Below are positions 1 to 12,895 of a stretch of 64,000 nt of DNA, piece by piece. Every line of letters starts with the position of its first letter. Within the stretch, counting starts at the first letter, position 1. Below the pieces are notes generated by a model. It made no database searches and had not been told where the DNA came from. It worked only from the letters and a program-made list of their open reading frames with translations. Source of the stretch: Eledone cirrhosa (Eukaryota); contig OZ024746.1 of NCBI GenBank assembly GCA_964016885.1, positions 58,466,001 to 58,530,000 of the forward strand, written 5' to 3'. The translations under genes were made by a program, and so were the position numbers.

Positions 1-312
1 AGGGAAACAGACACACAGACATCCTCTGTTTTATATATATTGATATGTTTACGTAAAATTGAGTTTCGTGTGGAAACTTAAAGGAGCTCATTGCCGCAAG
101 ATATTCAGGTTCATCATGTCAAAGTATGCTGGGTTGACCTTGGTTTATTCTTCATTGTTGAGCTACTACCTGCTCTTTCAAATATTCACAAAGAAAGTAC
201 ATCATCACTCTAGATGATATTAGTTCAAACAGTTCATGAATGCGTGGGAGATACTGCATCATCAACTGCGTCACACTCACTCACACACACTCACATACAC
301 ATGTATATATAG

Positions 313-1036
<724 letters not shown>

Positions 1037-1042
1037 TATATA

Positions 1043-1074
<32 letters not shown>

Positions 1075-1110
1075 GATGGATTCTGTAAGACCATTACATA
1101 TAGCATGGTC

Positions 1111-1228
1111 ATATGAAAGGTTCAGGACCCCGACGGCTGAGCTGTTGCCATTTCAACAGCTAGTTTAGTCTGGAACTAGGTTTTGAAACGGCAAGATCTC
1201 AGTCGTCGGGGTCCTGACCTTTTCATAT
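1111..1228. repeat. Hairpin mini-element, 'CCCCGACGG' family D
   Basis: Inverted arms ATATGAAAGGTTCAGGACCCCGACGGCTGAG ... CTCAGTCGTCGGGGTCCTGACCTTTTCATAT, between (TA)n tracts. Confidence 0.6.
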
Positions 1229-1243
1229 ATATATATATATATA

Positions 1244-1285
<42 letters not shown>

Positions 1286-1323
1286 CGCGCGTGTGTGTGT
1301 GTGTATGTGTGTGTGTGTGCGTG

Positions 1324-1416
<93 letters not shown>
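1244..1416. repeat. (GT)n/(GC)n microsatellite
   Basis: Direct reading of the sequence. Confidence 0.95.
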
Positions 1417-1417
<1 letters not shown>

Positions 1418-1737
1418 TGCGTTTGTAGGAGGGCTGTTTGTGGGAGGGTCTGTGTCTTTCTCTGTCTGTATTTCTGTGTATGGCAGCTTCTGAAAGCCGG
1501 TACCAAAGAAATAAGAACCATCAAATATTTCTATCTTACTTATCTAATAACTGGTTAGATATCATTCTAACTTTTCCTATAAAACTAGCAAAATAAACAT
1601 TGAGAGCATGGACGACTACAACAAAAACACCATCTTTAGCAACTCCAGATTAACACCAGCAATACAACCTCTACCAACAGCAACAACAACTACTACTACT
1701 ACTACTACTGCTGCTACTAATGCTGCTGCTACAGCTG

Positions 1738-1769
<32 letters not shown>

Positions 1770-1839
1770 GTTACTACAATTACTACTACTACTACTGTTG
1801 CTGCCACTGCTGCGCCGTCCCTGAACAACAAATGCAAAA

Positions 1840-2152
1840 TATAAAGCGATTACAGGATGTGCAATGATAAATTCTATTTTGCTTTAAAATTTGAACGAAA
1901 TCGGTGGCAAAATGTGGGAGCTAGAGCCAAAAATCTTATTTTTCGATATCTAAAAAAAGGTGATCCCCTTATCGATTTTTATCTGCAAAATGACCCCGGA
2001 ATAAAAAAAATGATACGCTGATATATAGAAAACACTCCCCGATCTATGAGCCTGTAAAGTTTCATAAAAATCGGTCGTAAGATGTAGGCCCCTATAGGTA
2101 ATACACAGACACACAGACACACACACATACTTAATTTCATATATATACGGAT
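1840..2152 (+). mobile_element. Putative non-autonomous Helitron/Helentron-type (DINE-like) element
   Basis: Contains GAAATCGG...AAGTTTCATAAAAATCGGTC...ACAGACACACAGAC...TTTCATATATATACGGAT. A similar terminus is at 1-44. The family call rests on recalled resemblance only. Confidence 0.35.
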
Positions 2153-2269
2153 AATCAAATTTGCCTTCCATCCTTTTCAGGTCGAGAAATAAAACTAACA
2201 ATCCGGAACTGGACTCGTTTCTTTCATTCACTATTTCTTTTTCTGTTCTTCTATCTTACTCTGTCTCTA

Positions 2270-2350
2270 TCTCAAACACACACACACACACACACACACT
2301 CTCTCTCTCTCTCTCTATCTCTATCTCAAACACACACACACACACACACA

Positions 2351-2395
<45 letters not shown>

Positions 2396-2578
2396 ACTCT
2401 CACGCTCTCTGTCTGTCAAGCTCTCTGTTTCTCACTCTCACTCTCTCATTCTCTCTCTCACTCTCTTACACTCTCTTTTACTCTCTTTCACTCACATTCT
2501 CTCTCTTTCACGCTTTCAACCTCACTCTCTCTCTCTCTCAATCAATCTCTCTCTCTCAATCTCTCTAATTCTCTCTTC

Positions 2579-2629
<51 letters not shown>

Positions 2630-2649
2630 TTCTCTCCCACTGTCTCTAT

Positions 2650-2687
<38 letters not shown>

Positions 2688-2760
2688 TTCTCTCCCACTG
2701 TTTCTATTTCACTCTCTCTCTCTCTCTTATGCTCTTTCTATCACGCTCTCTCTCATTCAC

Positions 2761-2800
<40 letters not shown>

Positions 2801-2830
2801 ACACACATACACACACTCTCATTCTCTCTG
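2270..2830. repeat. (CT)n/(CA)n compound microsatellite
   Basis: Direct reading of the sequence. Confidence 0.95.
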
Positions 2831-2999
2831 GAACTAAATCCCCAAGAGAGGCTGTGTATGACGACACACAATGGTCTATTTACGACTCCAATAAGGTCTT
2901 CAGAGCCCATGGATGGATAGGAAGTTTAAAGTTAAAAAGAAATGTCTGCTCATTCCTTAATTTTTTTCTTGTTTTTATATATTTTTTTTTACCTTTTGC

Positions 3000-5230
3000 A
3001 AAGGTCAAATATGAGGCGGCTGGGGAGTGGAAAACAGTTGTTAAAGAAACAAACAAACGGAATAACACCATAGCTCCTCCCTCCAAAAGCGAAGGCAAAG
3101 AAAGAAGAATAAAGATTGCAAGGAGACTTGCAGCAACACCACCGAAATCACCATCACCACCACACGCATCACCACCAACAACAACCATACCACCAGCATC
3201 ACCAAAAATACCAACATCACAAACACAATAAACCACACATACCCGACAGCAACAACAAGAAAACAGCAACAAAACCACCCCTCCCTCCAAAAAGTACACA
3301 CGCATAAACATTGCACACCAAGGACTAATGGAACACATAAAACACCACACCGATATTTCAGACGTAAATCACCACACCCCCACCAGCACCAAGAACATTA
3401 CCAAAAAACATTAACATTATAGAAATTGAACTCGAAATCTACAAACAATTAAAGCAAAAATTCACCAACGCAGTTGGGGATTACAAGGGGGAACTCTCCT
3501 AGAGAATATACAAAGATATCGTCTTGGAGACACCCATGACGAGGGGACGGTTCTACTGTCCCTTCCAAACGCGATCAAGGTAAGTGATCCTTTCTCACTT
3601 ACCCCGTTCCTCATCCAGCATGGATCTGCTCGATTGTGAGGGTAAATGGTCACCTGTCGCAGCCGTTCAGCATCATGCGCTCGGTCCGCCAAGTTTGTCC
3701 CCTCTTGTCCCTCTTCTACGTATGTGCTCTCGAGGCATTATTGCACAAATTGGAGACAATGAGGGGGGTACCTCGCGAACTGGGATGCGGAAGATCCGTG
3801 TCGGCTTATGCCTACGACGTCGCCGTGGTGGTGTCGAGCACCATACACGTGCAGATGCTCTGCACCGTTCGCGAGGAATACGAAGCGGTTACAGGAGCAA
3901 AGATAAACCAGGAAAAGTTGGTAGGCTTGCAACTCAGCACCTGGAGAGGCAAGTCCATGCCTTCCGACAGCGTCGTGGGGCGATGGACGGAAGGACCGGT
4001 TAAATTGCTCGTGGTCTGGTTCGATACGGACCTTCAGATGGAGAAAAACTGGAGCGAGGTGACGAGCAGGGTGGCTTCTCTCACCCAGAAATGGGCTGAG
4101 AGGAGGCTGTCTCTGAAAGGTCGGGCGGAGGTGGCGAATGCGTACATCACGCCCGTCATCTGCTACCACCTGACCGTCGTACCTTGAAAACATGCGGTGA
4201 GGCTGCGACATCACTGGTGCTTCCTTGACGGTGAACAGGTGTGGTCGCTGTTTGCCAGACACACTTTTCCCCAGCTCGTGTCCTTGACTGGGCTGCAATC
4301 CTGGATCAGAAAAAGACCGAGGGATAGCGCTTGGAAGCTGGAATGTCTACAGGCGCTCACCACCCTCTACTAGCTGGGCACTCATATCGGTGGAACATCC
4401 ACCTTGGCGTTCTATAGAGGGCTAGTGAAGGGGAAGAGCGACGACGTTCTCGGGGAAATCCTGGGCGTCGAAGACGATCAGCTGTTTGCTTCTTTCAAGA
4501 GAACTTTCAGCCCGGGACCTATGGACAATTGCCAGAAATCCCTGGCCTCGCAGTGCTCCCGGGGGGGCGTTGCCGGTTCGGGATGAGCTCTGCAGACACG
4601 GAGGTGTTATCAGACGAACCTGTCCGAGATGCGCGCAGGACGACGAAACCGTCCTACACGCACTCGTTCAGTGTCCGAGAATTGCTGACTTGTGGAGCTA
4701 TGTCGAACAGTTGTTGTCGCGTGTAGGACCGATCCTGTTACCGACTGTGTACATTGTGCAGAAAGCCCCGCCATCCTCCTTTAAAGAGGAGGAAGGGCAA
4801 ACAGTCTTCATCTGCCTCGTGGCTATGGCGAAAGAGATTGTGTGGTGGACAAGGTTAAAGACGGACACTTTCCTCTCCGGCCAATCCCTGATTAACTTTT
4901 TCAAGTTTCACTGGGTGCGTGAAAGTGGCTCTGAGTGTACGCCTGTAGACTGAGGAGTGGGAAAAGTGAGAGGGGGCACTTGTCTTGGTGGTCAGGGTGA
5001 CCGTGGTCTTTTGTGTGGTTTTCACCAGGAGTGACTCTCGGAGATTTTCCCCTTTTTGGGGAATTTTTGTTGTTTGAATTTTTTTGATTTCTATAATGAT
5101 TTCTAGCTTGTTATAACCTAATTACACGACCAAACCCACTTTGTATCGTCCTGTACTGTTCTGTGCCGTCTCTAATGTTTTAATTAGTGTCAGCCCTTGT
5201 AACCAATAAAGAAACCATTATTATTATTAT
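3000..5230 (+). mobile_element. Tx1/L1-clade LINE copy A, internally deleted and decayed
   Basis: An ORF1 C-terminal remnant (EWKTV, Pro/Thr-rich) is followed by a jump near 3620 into the RT (VRVNGHLS..SAYAYDV). Then come a CCHC knuckle (CPRCAQDDETVLHALVQC) and a 3' UTR ending AATAAAGAAACC(ATT)n. Confidence 0.85.
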
Positions 5231-5231
5231 A

Positions 5232-8200
5232 GTTGCATTTATCTTTCTTTATGTTCATACGAGTTATCACCAAGTCACAACCAGTGACCTCAAGAGACAA
5301 CAAGGTGCGCCATGTTCAAGAAAGAACATACATACGCACACATGCATCTTTAGGTGTTTAGATTTGTGATGTACTTATATTGACAGAATCATCCTTAGTA
5401 TAAGGGCAGTTCCCATTAGTACTATCTTTTGTATTTCTCCTATACGCAGGTTTCCTGCGATTTGGGATAAGTAATCATTAGACCCTTTAGGTATCATTCC
5501 TAGAGCGCCTACAACCACTGGTATTGTTTTAGTTCTCAATTTCAACATTTTTCCAATTTCTATCTCCAGGTCCTTATACTTGCTCAATTTTTGAAATGTT
5601 TTTATAGATACATTCTTGTCTATTGGAACGAACATATCAATTAGCAGGCATACCCTCTTTTTAAAGTCCTTCAGTATTATATCAGGTATATTTGCATCTA
5701 ATTTTCGGTCTGTTTGGATGCTAAAGTTCCACAAGATTGAGATGTGATCTTTTTCAAGTATGGAAGGTGGTTGATGCCCCCACCAATTCTTTTGATGGGG
5801 CAGGTCAAAATGTTTACACATTATCCAATGTATGTATTGTGCAGCTCTGTCATGCCTGTTTAGGTATTCGGTTGGAGCTATAGGAGTGCACATTGAAATT
5901 ATATGAACAATGGTCTCTGGTTGTTTTTTACATACATGGCATAATGGGTTGCATCCATTTTTTATTATGTTGGCTTGGTAATTTTTTGTTGGCAGACACT
6001 GATCTTGTGCTGATATAATCAGTCCTCCAGTCTCCAATTTCAGTCCAGAGGATGCCAACCACTGATGGGTTAAAGTTTTGTCAACATCAGGATTGTTAGC
6101 TCTTTCTGGATATTTTCCATACAGAGGCTTTTCTTGCCATTTCTTAGCCAGTTTTGTAGCAGTTCTTTCTTTGCAGTTACTTTTACCTGCTTTGCTTTTT
6201 CTGTGTTTTCCATTTCAGCAGTAAATGGGACTTCTGAAATGTGTAGTCCATTACTGTATCTTTTTGCATCTTTTGTAATGGAGTATGATCTTTTGATGCT
6301 TTCGTGTTTCAAAACGAGTTTGATCATCCAATCATGTGATTCCCTTAGATATGTAGATAATCCAATTGTTGCAGTTTTCAACGCAATATCTAACTGGATT
6401 AACCCACGTCCTCCTTCTTTCCTAGGGAGATATATCCTATCTGTATCTGCTTTAGGGTGATGAATTCTGTGCATGATTAAGAATTTTCTAATTTGTGTAT
6501 CGAGCCTACGGATCTCTGTGCTTGACCTGTTGATGACATTGTAACTGTAGATTACTACTGGTATGGCAAGCGTGTTTATCGATCCTATTCCGTGCATTCA
6601 ATTCCGTTCTTAAGATTGCTCTTACTCTGCGGTAACATTCCTTCCTTATCCTTTCCCTCATTGTCGAGTGCTTGATTCCGTCTCCTTCACAAACACCTAG
6701 ATATTTGTAAGTTTCCTCTTCATCAAGTTCTCTTATCACATTCCCCCGATCAAGATTAATGTCTGAACTTTTCAGCAGCTTTCCTCTGGTGAACGTTGCT
6801 TTGGCGCATTTATCTAGTCCAAACTCCATTTTAATGTCATCACTGAACTACTCCACAGTGGATAATAGCCCTTGCAATTGTTCATAATTTTTTGCAAATA
6901 GTTTCAGGTCATCCATGTAGAACAAGTGATTAATGGTTTTGTCATAGACTTTATATCCATATTTTGTTTCATTGAGCATTTTACTTAATGGTATAAGTGC
7001 GATGCAGAATAAAAGCGGTGATAAAGAGTCACCCTGAAAAATTCCACAATTAATATTAATATCTCCAGCTTCCAGTGATTTTTTCCACTATTCAAAAGGA
7101 GTGTCGTTTTCCATGTCTTCATACTGAATGACAGGAACCTCCTGACAACGGGAGATATTTTCAAAATCTCTAAACATTTTTCAATCCAACTGTGTGGCAA
7201 ACTATCGAATGCTTTTTTATAATCTATCCAAGCAATTGATAGATTTTTGTGTCTATTATGACAATCTTCCAGTATCATTTTGTTATCCAAAAGCTGATCC
7301 TTACAGCCATATGAGCCTCGTTTACACCCTTTCTGCTCATTGGGAAATAGATCATTTGTCATCAGGTGGTCATACGTATATTCAGTTAGGACTGATGCTA
7401 AAATGTTATACGTTGTGGTCAAACAAGTTATCGGTCTGTAATTTTTGGAATTGTTTGTCTCATCATTCTTCGGAAGTAGGAATGTAATGCCGTTAACTAG
7501 CCATGATGGTATCTTTTCTGACTCCTTAACTATTTCATTGTAAAGTTGGGCTAACAGCTCATGAGATTCTGTGAAGGCATTCATCCAAAAATTTGGTATT
7601 TGTCTTTTCCTGTGGATTTCCATTTGCTGGTTTTTCTAAGAGCCAAACGCAACTGTTCAACTGTTATATTTTCCCATGTTTGTTCCTGAAGGTGAGCTGT
7701 ATCTTTCATGTGTCTGTCTCTCCATGGCCCAGATCTTTTTCCAGAATTCTTGCACTTCCTCCTTGGGTGGTATTGATTTAGCAGTTATTGTTGACTTGCC
7801 AATTTTTCTGTAGAAGTTTGTGTGGTTGTTTTTGAACATATTTTGAACATATATCTAGATCGTTTTTCAAAGGTTCTTTATTGTCTTCCCTTAACCGTTT
7901 TTCTCTCTTTTTCTTTGGATTTCTTGGTGATGAGCATGGAGGGCCAATAGTAGGAGTATTCCGGTTATGGCAGGTCCCCAGCTCCGAAGTGATGGGAAGG
8001 TTTGAACCATTAGCTGATTTTTCGAATCCAGTCTGGTTCCTCTCTGGGGGACGCGGCCCTTTTTGACCCGGGTTACGGCCGATCCGGTATGAGATTTTAT
8101 CATTTGACATTTACTTTATTTTGTCGCGTGTTGTCCTTAACCGCCAAGGGGTAATCATTTCGTGTTACCACTTCTAGGACGAGTGTCAACCAAAACTAGA

Positions 8201-8295
8201 GGGGTCGTCCTCCCCTAGAGGCACGGCTATTCCACGCCGGCCACCATCCCGGTATTTGTTGGTCACGGGATTTTCTTTTTTGTTGTTTTTTAAAC
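5232..8295 (-). mobile_element. R4/Dong-type non-LTR retrotransposon (RT + restriction-like endonuclease), frameshifted
   Basis: RT motifs YRPITCL, EQKGCKRGSYGC, AWIDYKKAFDS and HLFYMDDLKL. C-terminal CHVC..ETIVHIISMC, RHD, PDIILKD..LLID and K..KYKDL match the CCHC + PD-(D/E)xK RLE layout. Flanked by (TAA)n. Confidence 0.85.
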
Positions 8296-8855
8296 TATTA
8301 TTATCGTGAGTGGTTCCTTAACGTGAGCATTGCGTGGCTTAAGAATGAAATTCTTATTAATAATATAATATACTTTTTGCTGAAGTTGCCTATTATTGTT
8401 GTTGGCTATGTCGGTGGTAGTGCTGGGGATTTTTCTTTTGTTAGTTGGGAAGGGGGGAGCCAGCAGTGCCATAGTCGTTGACGTTTGACCGAGTCACTAA
8501 GTCAGTCTATTTATATCTTTTGCTAGCCTCTCCCTTGTCTAGTGATACCGCCACCTTCCCCTTTCTTAAGTTAACAGAAGGTAGTGGGGGAATAGTGGTT
8601 TTAGCAATGAAGGAGTAGTGGCGGCGGTGATGGGATAGTGGTAGCAATGATGGAGTGGTGGCGGCGGTGACTATAGAGATGGCGTTGTAGTTACTGAGTT
8701 TTGTTGAATAGACTGTAGTAGTATGCGTTTGTTTGATCTATATATCTATGTGGTTTGTCGCGTATGTTTAATATATGTGTTGACATATTACCGTAATAAT
8801 TTGAATTAAACATTTTGAGAAAACTTGAGGTACAATAATAGTAATTATTATTATT

Positions 8856-8964
8856 GCCGAGGTTTACTTTGCCTTTCATCCTTACGGGGTCGATAAAATA
8901 GAGTACCAGTAATGCACTGGATAATTGCTGGCATTGTGCCAAAAGTAGAAACAATTATTATTAT
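8856..8964 (+). mobile_element. SINE family B, 5'-truncated
   Basis: Matches the 3' half of the copies at 23548, 27871 and 28760. Ends GAAACAATTATTATT. Confidence 0.8.
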
Positions 8965-9366
8965 GCTGGGATTGGTGGTGGTGGTGAAATTGCCGTTATC
9001 TGGCTGTTGTATTTAGTGTTCACAGAGGGGTGACGGGATAGGTGGTGTATCTAGTTCGTGGTGTTGGTGAAATTGCTGTTAATTGGCTGTTCTATATAGT
9101 GAAAGACAGATGGGCTTTTTTCTTCCATTTATAACCATTTTCTTTTTTGAATATAAAATTTTTAATACAAAATTGAATATTTGAGCGATATAACAGGATA
9201 TTATGGATCCAAATTTTCGGAGAGCTGAGGCTGGTGCTTTATGTCTTATTTGTACTACAAATTGTTATATCACAATTGTTTTAAATATGTTAAAATTCAA
9301 AAACTTACGGGAGCGATTTCATAACATTCTATCCACCACGTGCGTCTTCTTCCCTTATCCCTTATC

Positions 9367-9421
<55 letters not shown>

Positions 9422-9657
9422 GGCACTTGCCTTGGTGGTCAGGGTCATTGTGGCTTTTTACTGGGCTTTCTCCACAAATGTCCCTCCGAAGTCTACCCCC
9501 TATTGGGGAATTTTTCATTGTTATTTTTTGTTACATCCTGTTTTTGTTTTTTACACGCAGAAATGCCCATTTGTATCGCCCTGCATTGTCCTGCACTGTC
9601 CTTAATGTCTACTTTATGTAAACCCTTGTGGTTAATAAAGAAATCATTATTATTATT
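9422..9657 (+). mobile_element. Tx1 LINE copy B (3' UTR only)
   Basis: Near-identical to 16336-16570. Preceded and followed by (ATT)n. Confidence 0.85.
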
Positions 9658-11054
9658 GGGACGTGGTAACGAGCAGAGTAGCCATTCTCACCCAAAAATG
9701 GGCTGGGAGGAATCTATCACTGAAAGGTCGCGCGGAGGTGGCGAATGCGTACATCGCGTCCGTCATCTACTACCGCCTGACCGTCGTGCCTTGCCCGCGT
9801 CCGCGTCTCGTCAAGTTGGAACGGCTCCTCTTCAAATTCTTGTGGAGGGGACAAGTTCCGTTGGTGAGGCGGTCCATCTGCTGCCAGCACCCTCAACGCG
9901 GAGGGCTGAGCATGGCGTGGCTAATGATGCGCAGACATGCGTTGAGGCTGCGACATCTCCAGATATTCTGCCTCAACGGTGAACAGGTGTGGTCGCCGTT
10001 TATCAGACGGGCCTTTCCGCAGCTTATTTATTTGACTGAACTGCATTCCTGGGTCAAGAAGAGACCGAGACTAGGTGACTGGCACCTGGAATGTTGCCAA
10101 GCACTCACTGTCCTCTACCAAGCGGGCAATGCGATCAGTGGAACTTCCACTCTCGAGTTCTATAGAGGATTAGTAGTGGGCAAGTGCGATGACATATTCG
10201 GAGAAACTTTGGGCCTCGACGAAGTCGAATTGACCAGTCTGTACCGGAGGACTTTCGAGCCGGGAACGATGGACAATTTCCAGAAATCCCTCGCTTGGCA
10301 GTGCTACCGGGGGGCACTGCCGGTTCGGGATAAAATCTGCAGGCACGGAAGTGCTGTCAGACGGACCTGCCCAAGATGCGCAGAGAACGACGAAACCGTT
10401 CTGCACGCACTTGTCCAATGTCCATAGATTACTGACTTGTGGAGTTATGTCGAAGAGCTACTGTCGCGTGTGGAACGAATCCGGCTATCGGCCGAGTCCA
10501 TAGCGTAGATTCACCCGCCGCCTTCCTTAGGTCAGGAAGTTGCGAAAGAGGTTATATGGTGGACCAGGTTAAAAGGACTAAAGACAGACAATTTTCTCTT
10601 CGGCCAATCCCTCATCAACTTCTTCAAGTGTCACCTGGAAAGGAAGGTGAGGTTGGAGAGAGAAGTGCTGGCCCCAATACATTTGCTAAAATGTGGATGA
10701 ATGTGGCGAGAATGGCTCGTGTGAATGGGCCTACTCTGACCATGCGCCTATAGGCTAGCTAACTTGAGGAGAGGGGTGCTCTCCCTGGGTGCCCTAGAAG
10801 GGCAGGGTGGTTCAGGATTGGTGGGTACCCGAGTCACCCCAGGGTCCTCCACACCCTAACGGGGAATTTATTTTGTTATATTTATGCATAGTTTATTTTA
10901 TATTTTTATATCTTCATTGTTAAATTAGTCTTGCCATTGTGCACTTTTACTCGACCTTATTGTAAACCCCACTGTCCCTGTCTTTGTATTGTCTTCTACA
11001 TGTGGGCCCTTGTGGCAAATAAATAAAATCATTATTATTATTATTATTATTATT
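9658..11054 (+). mobile_element. Tx1 LINE copy C, 5'-truncated, different subfamily
   Basis: ORF 9663-10427 matches the ORF2 C-terminus (LSLKGRAEVANAYI, CPRCAENDETVLHALVQC). It has a distinct 3' UTR and ends AATAAAATC(ATT)n. Confidence 0.85.
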
Positions 11055-11269
11055 GGTGACCTACGTAGTAAATCGTATCATCGGGAGCTCCGCAAAGGTT
11101 TGTTATTTCCGTTTGTTAAAAATTGCCATTTATGGAAAATTTTATTGTTAACTGTTTATAAGCGCACATACATTGTTTTCCGAAAAGGACACCCAAAAAG
11201 ATTGGGGCCTTGTGCCCAAAATTTAAACATTTAAATTATCAAAAAAATTTCTTTGAAAAAAAAACATAG

Positions 11270-12852
11270 AAGTCTCACAGCCACACGAAGCTGACAGCCT
11301 TCCTCATAAACTAACACCTCACACCGACACCACCATTGTAAATATTACTACGTTTGCCAACACTAAAAATTTAATCAGTAGCAATATTTTTAATTTGTCT
11401 CAGGCAGACATTGATTTCCCGCCATTACCAATGACTGCAGGTGTTAAAGCCGCCACCACCACCACCACCACCACCGCGACAACCACCACCCCCAACACCA
11501 CCGCGACAACAGAAACAAAAGGAAAAAATAAATCAACTCGTGATGTCGAAATGTTTTCAACCAAAATGGACTCTGCCACACCGAACACCACTGACGTCAC
11601 CACAACCAAAACTGAAACTAAAATTAATAATAACAAAAATAACGATAACAACAACAGCAACAATGACATTAAAAAACCACCCTGAGTTTTCCCAGAGTAG
11701 CAAAACAGTGCGAAGCATTTACGGTAACTCAGGAGGAATTAGAAAATGCCAAAAAAATGGTAAAGAAAGATGGGTAAAGAAAGATAATAGCAATAGCAAA
11801 AGAAAAGCAGGAGAACTGGTCCGGATCTGGGATGGAGCTCCTGATCCAAGCGTACCAAAAAAGCATTGAGGAGATCCCAGAGGTAATAGACCTCACTGAC
11901 GGCAGCCACCTCACAGTAATTGTCGAGGGCAGAAGGCCTAGGTGTGTCGTTTGTGGTGAAGGAACCCACCTAAGGGCTTTCTGCCCTCAGGCTAAAAGGT
12001 TGAGGCCACCTCTCCTACGCACCCCAGTGACTCAACCATCAACAACACCTGTAGCAGCGATGGCAGCAACAACTGTAGCAGCAACAACAGAAGCAACTAT
12101 AACAGCAACAACCCCAGCAACAGTAGCAAAACCAACACCACCACCACCCAACGCTTCAGAACTAGCACCAGCGCCTACACCATCCACCACGCCACAACCA
12201 AAACTAACGCCTGTGGAGGATTTTCCACTCCCCGGCCTATCACAGCTGGAGACAGATTGTGACGACGAGGAGTGGGAAACGGTATCAGGAAAAAAGAAAA
12301 AAAGAAACCAAAAAAGAAAAAAATTCTCTTCCTTCCCTTTCCAAAAACAAAATACTGAGGGAAACAAATAAATTAACAAACAAAAAAGTTAGGACAGATA
12401 TGCCACCATCTACACCAGCATCACCAACCCCATCACCCCAAACACCAACACCATCACCATCATTAACCCCAACACCACCATCATCTACACCACAAAAGTC
12501 ACCAAAATGCGAAACAGAAACAAGCCCACAACAAACGCAAACAAAACAAAACAACCAAAACGATAAACACTACACAGCATTAAATTTGATCAACAACCAA
12601 TTATTACACTACATCCAACACAACACCAGCATCACAGAAAAAGACTACACAACACCCCAAAAATTAACACCACCTCCACACATACAAATCACTCGCATCA
12701 CACAGAAAACGTACATGACACTAAAGCAAAAATTCCCCAAAGACATCGGATACTTCCGACAAGCACTCTCCAGGAGGATTTATAAGGACATCCTTCCTGA
12801 GGAGGCCACAAGCAGTGAAAAGGATGGAAAAACCGTCCTTCCTCTACGATAA
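11270..12852 (+). pseudogene. Tx1 ORF1 (gag-like zinc knuckle), disrupted
   Basis: CX2CX4HX4C knuckle CVVCGEGTHLRAFC, Pro/Thr-rich segments, EEWETV and a Lys-rich patch. Contains stops and frameshifts. Confidence 0.8.
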
Positions 12853-12895
12853 GTAAGGTAAGTGGTCTTTCCCATCTTTTCCACTCTATTTCAAC

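Noticed and set aside
2960-3010. Splice-acceptor-like pyrimidine tract suggesting a host exon
   Set aside because: The downstream sequence is Tx1 ORF1-like and there is no supporting exon chain.
8120-8270. HDV-like ribozyme at the Dong/R4 5' end
   Set aside because: Hairpins exist (AGGACGA/TCGTCCT, GTG-GTAA-CAC), but I could not assign the nested double pseudoknot. A descriptor search is needed.
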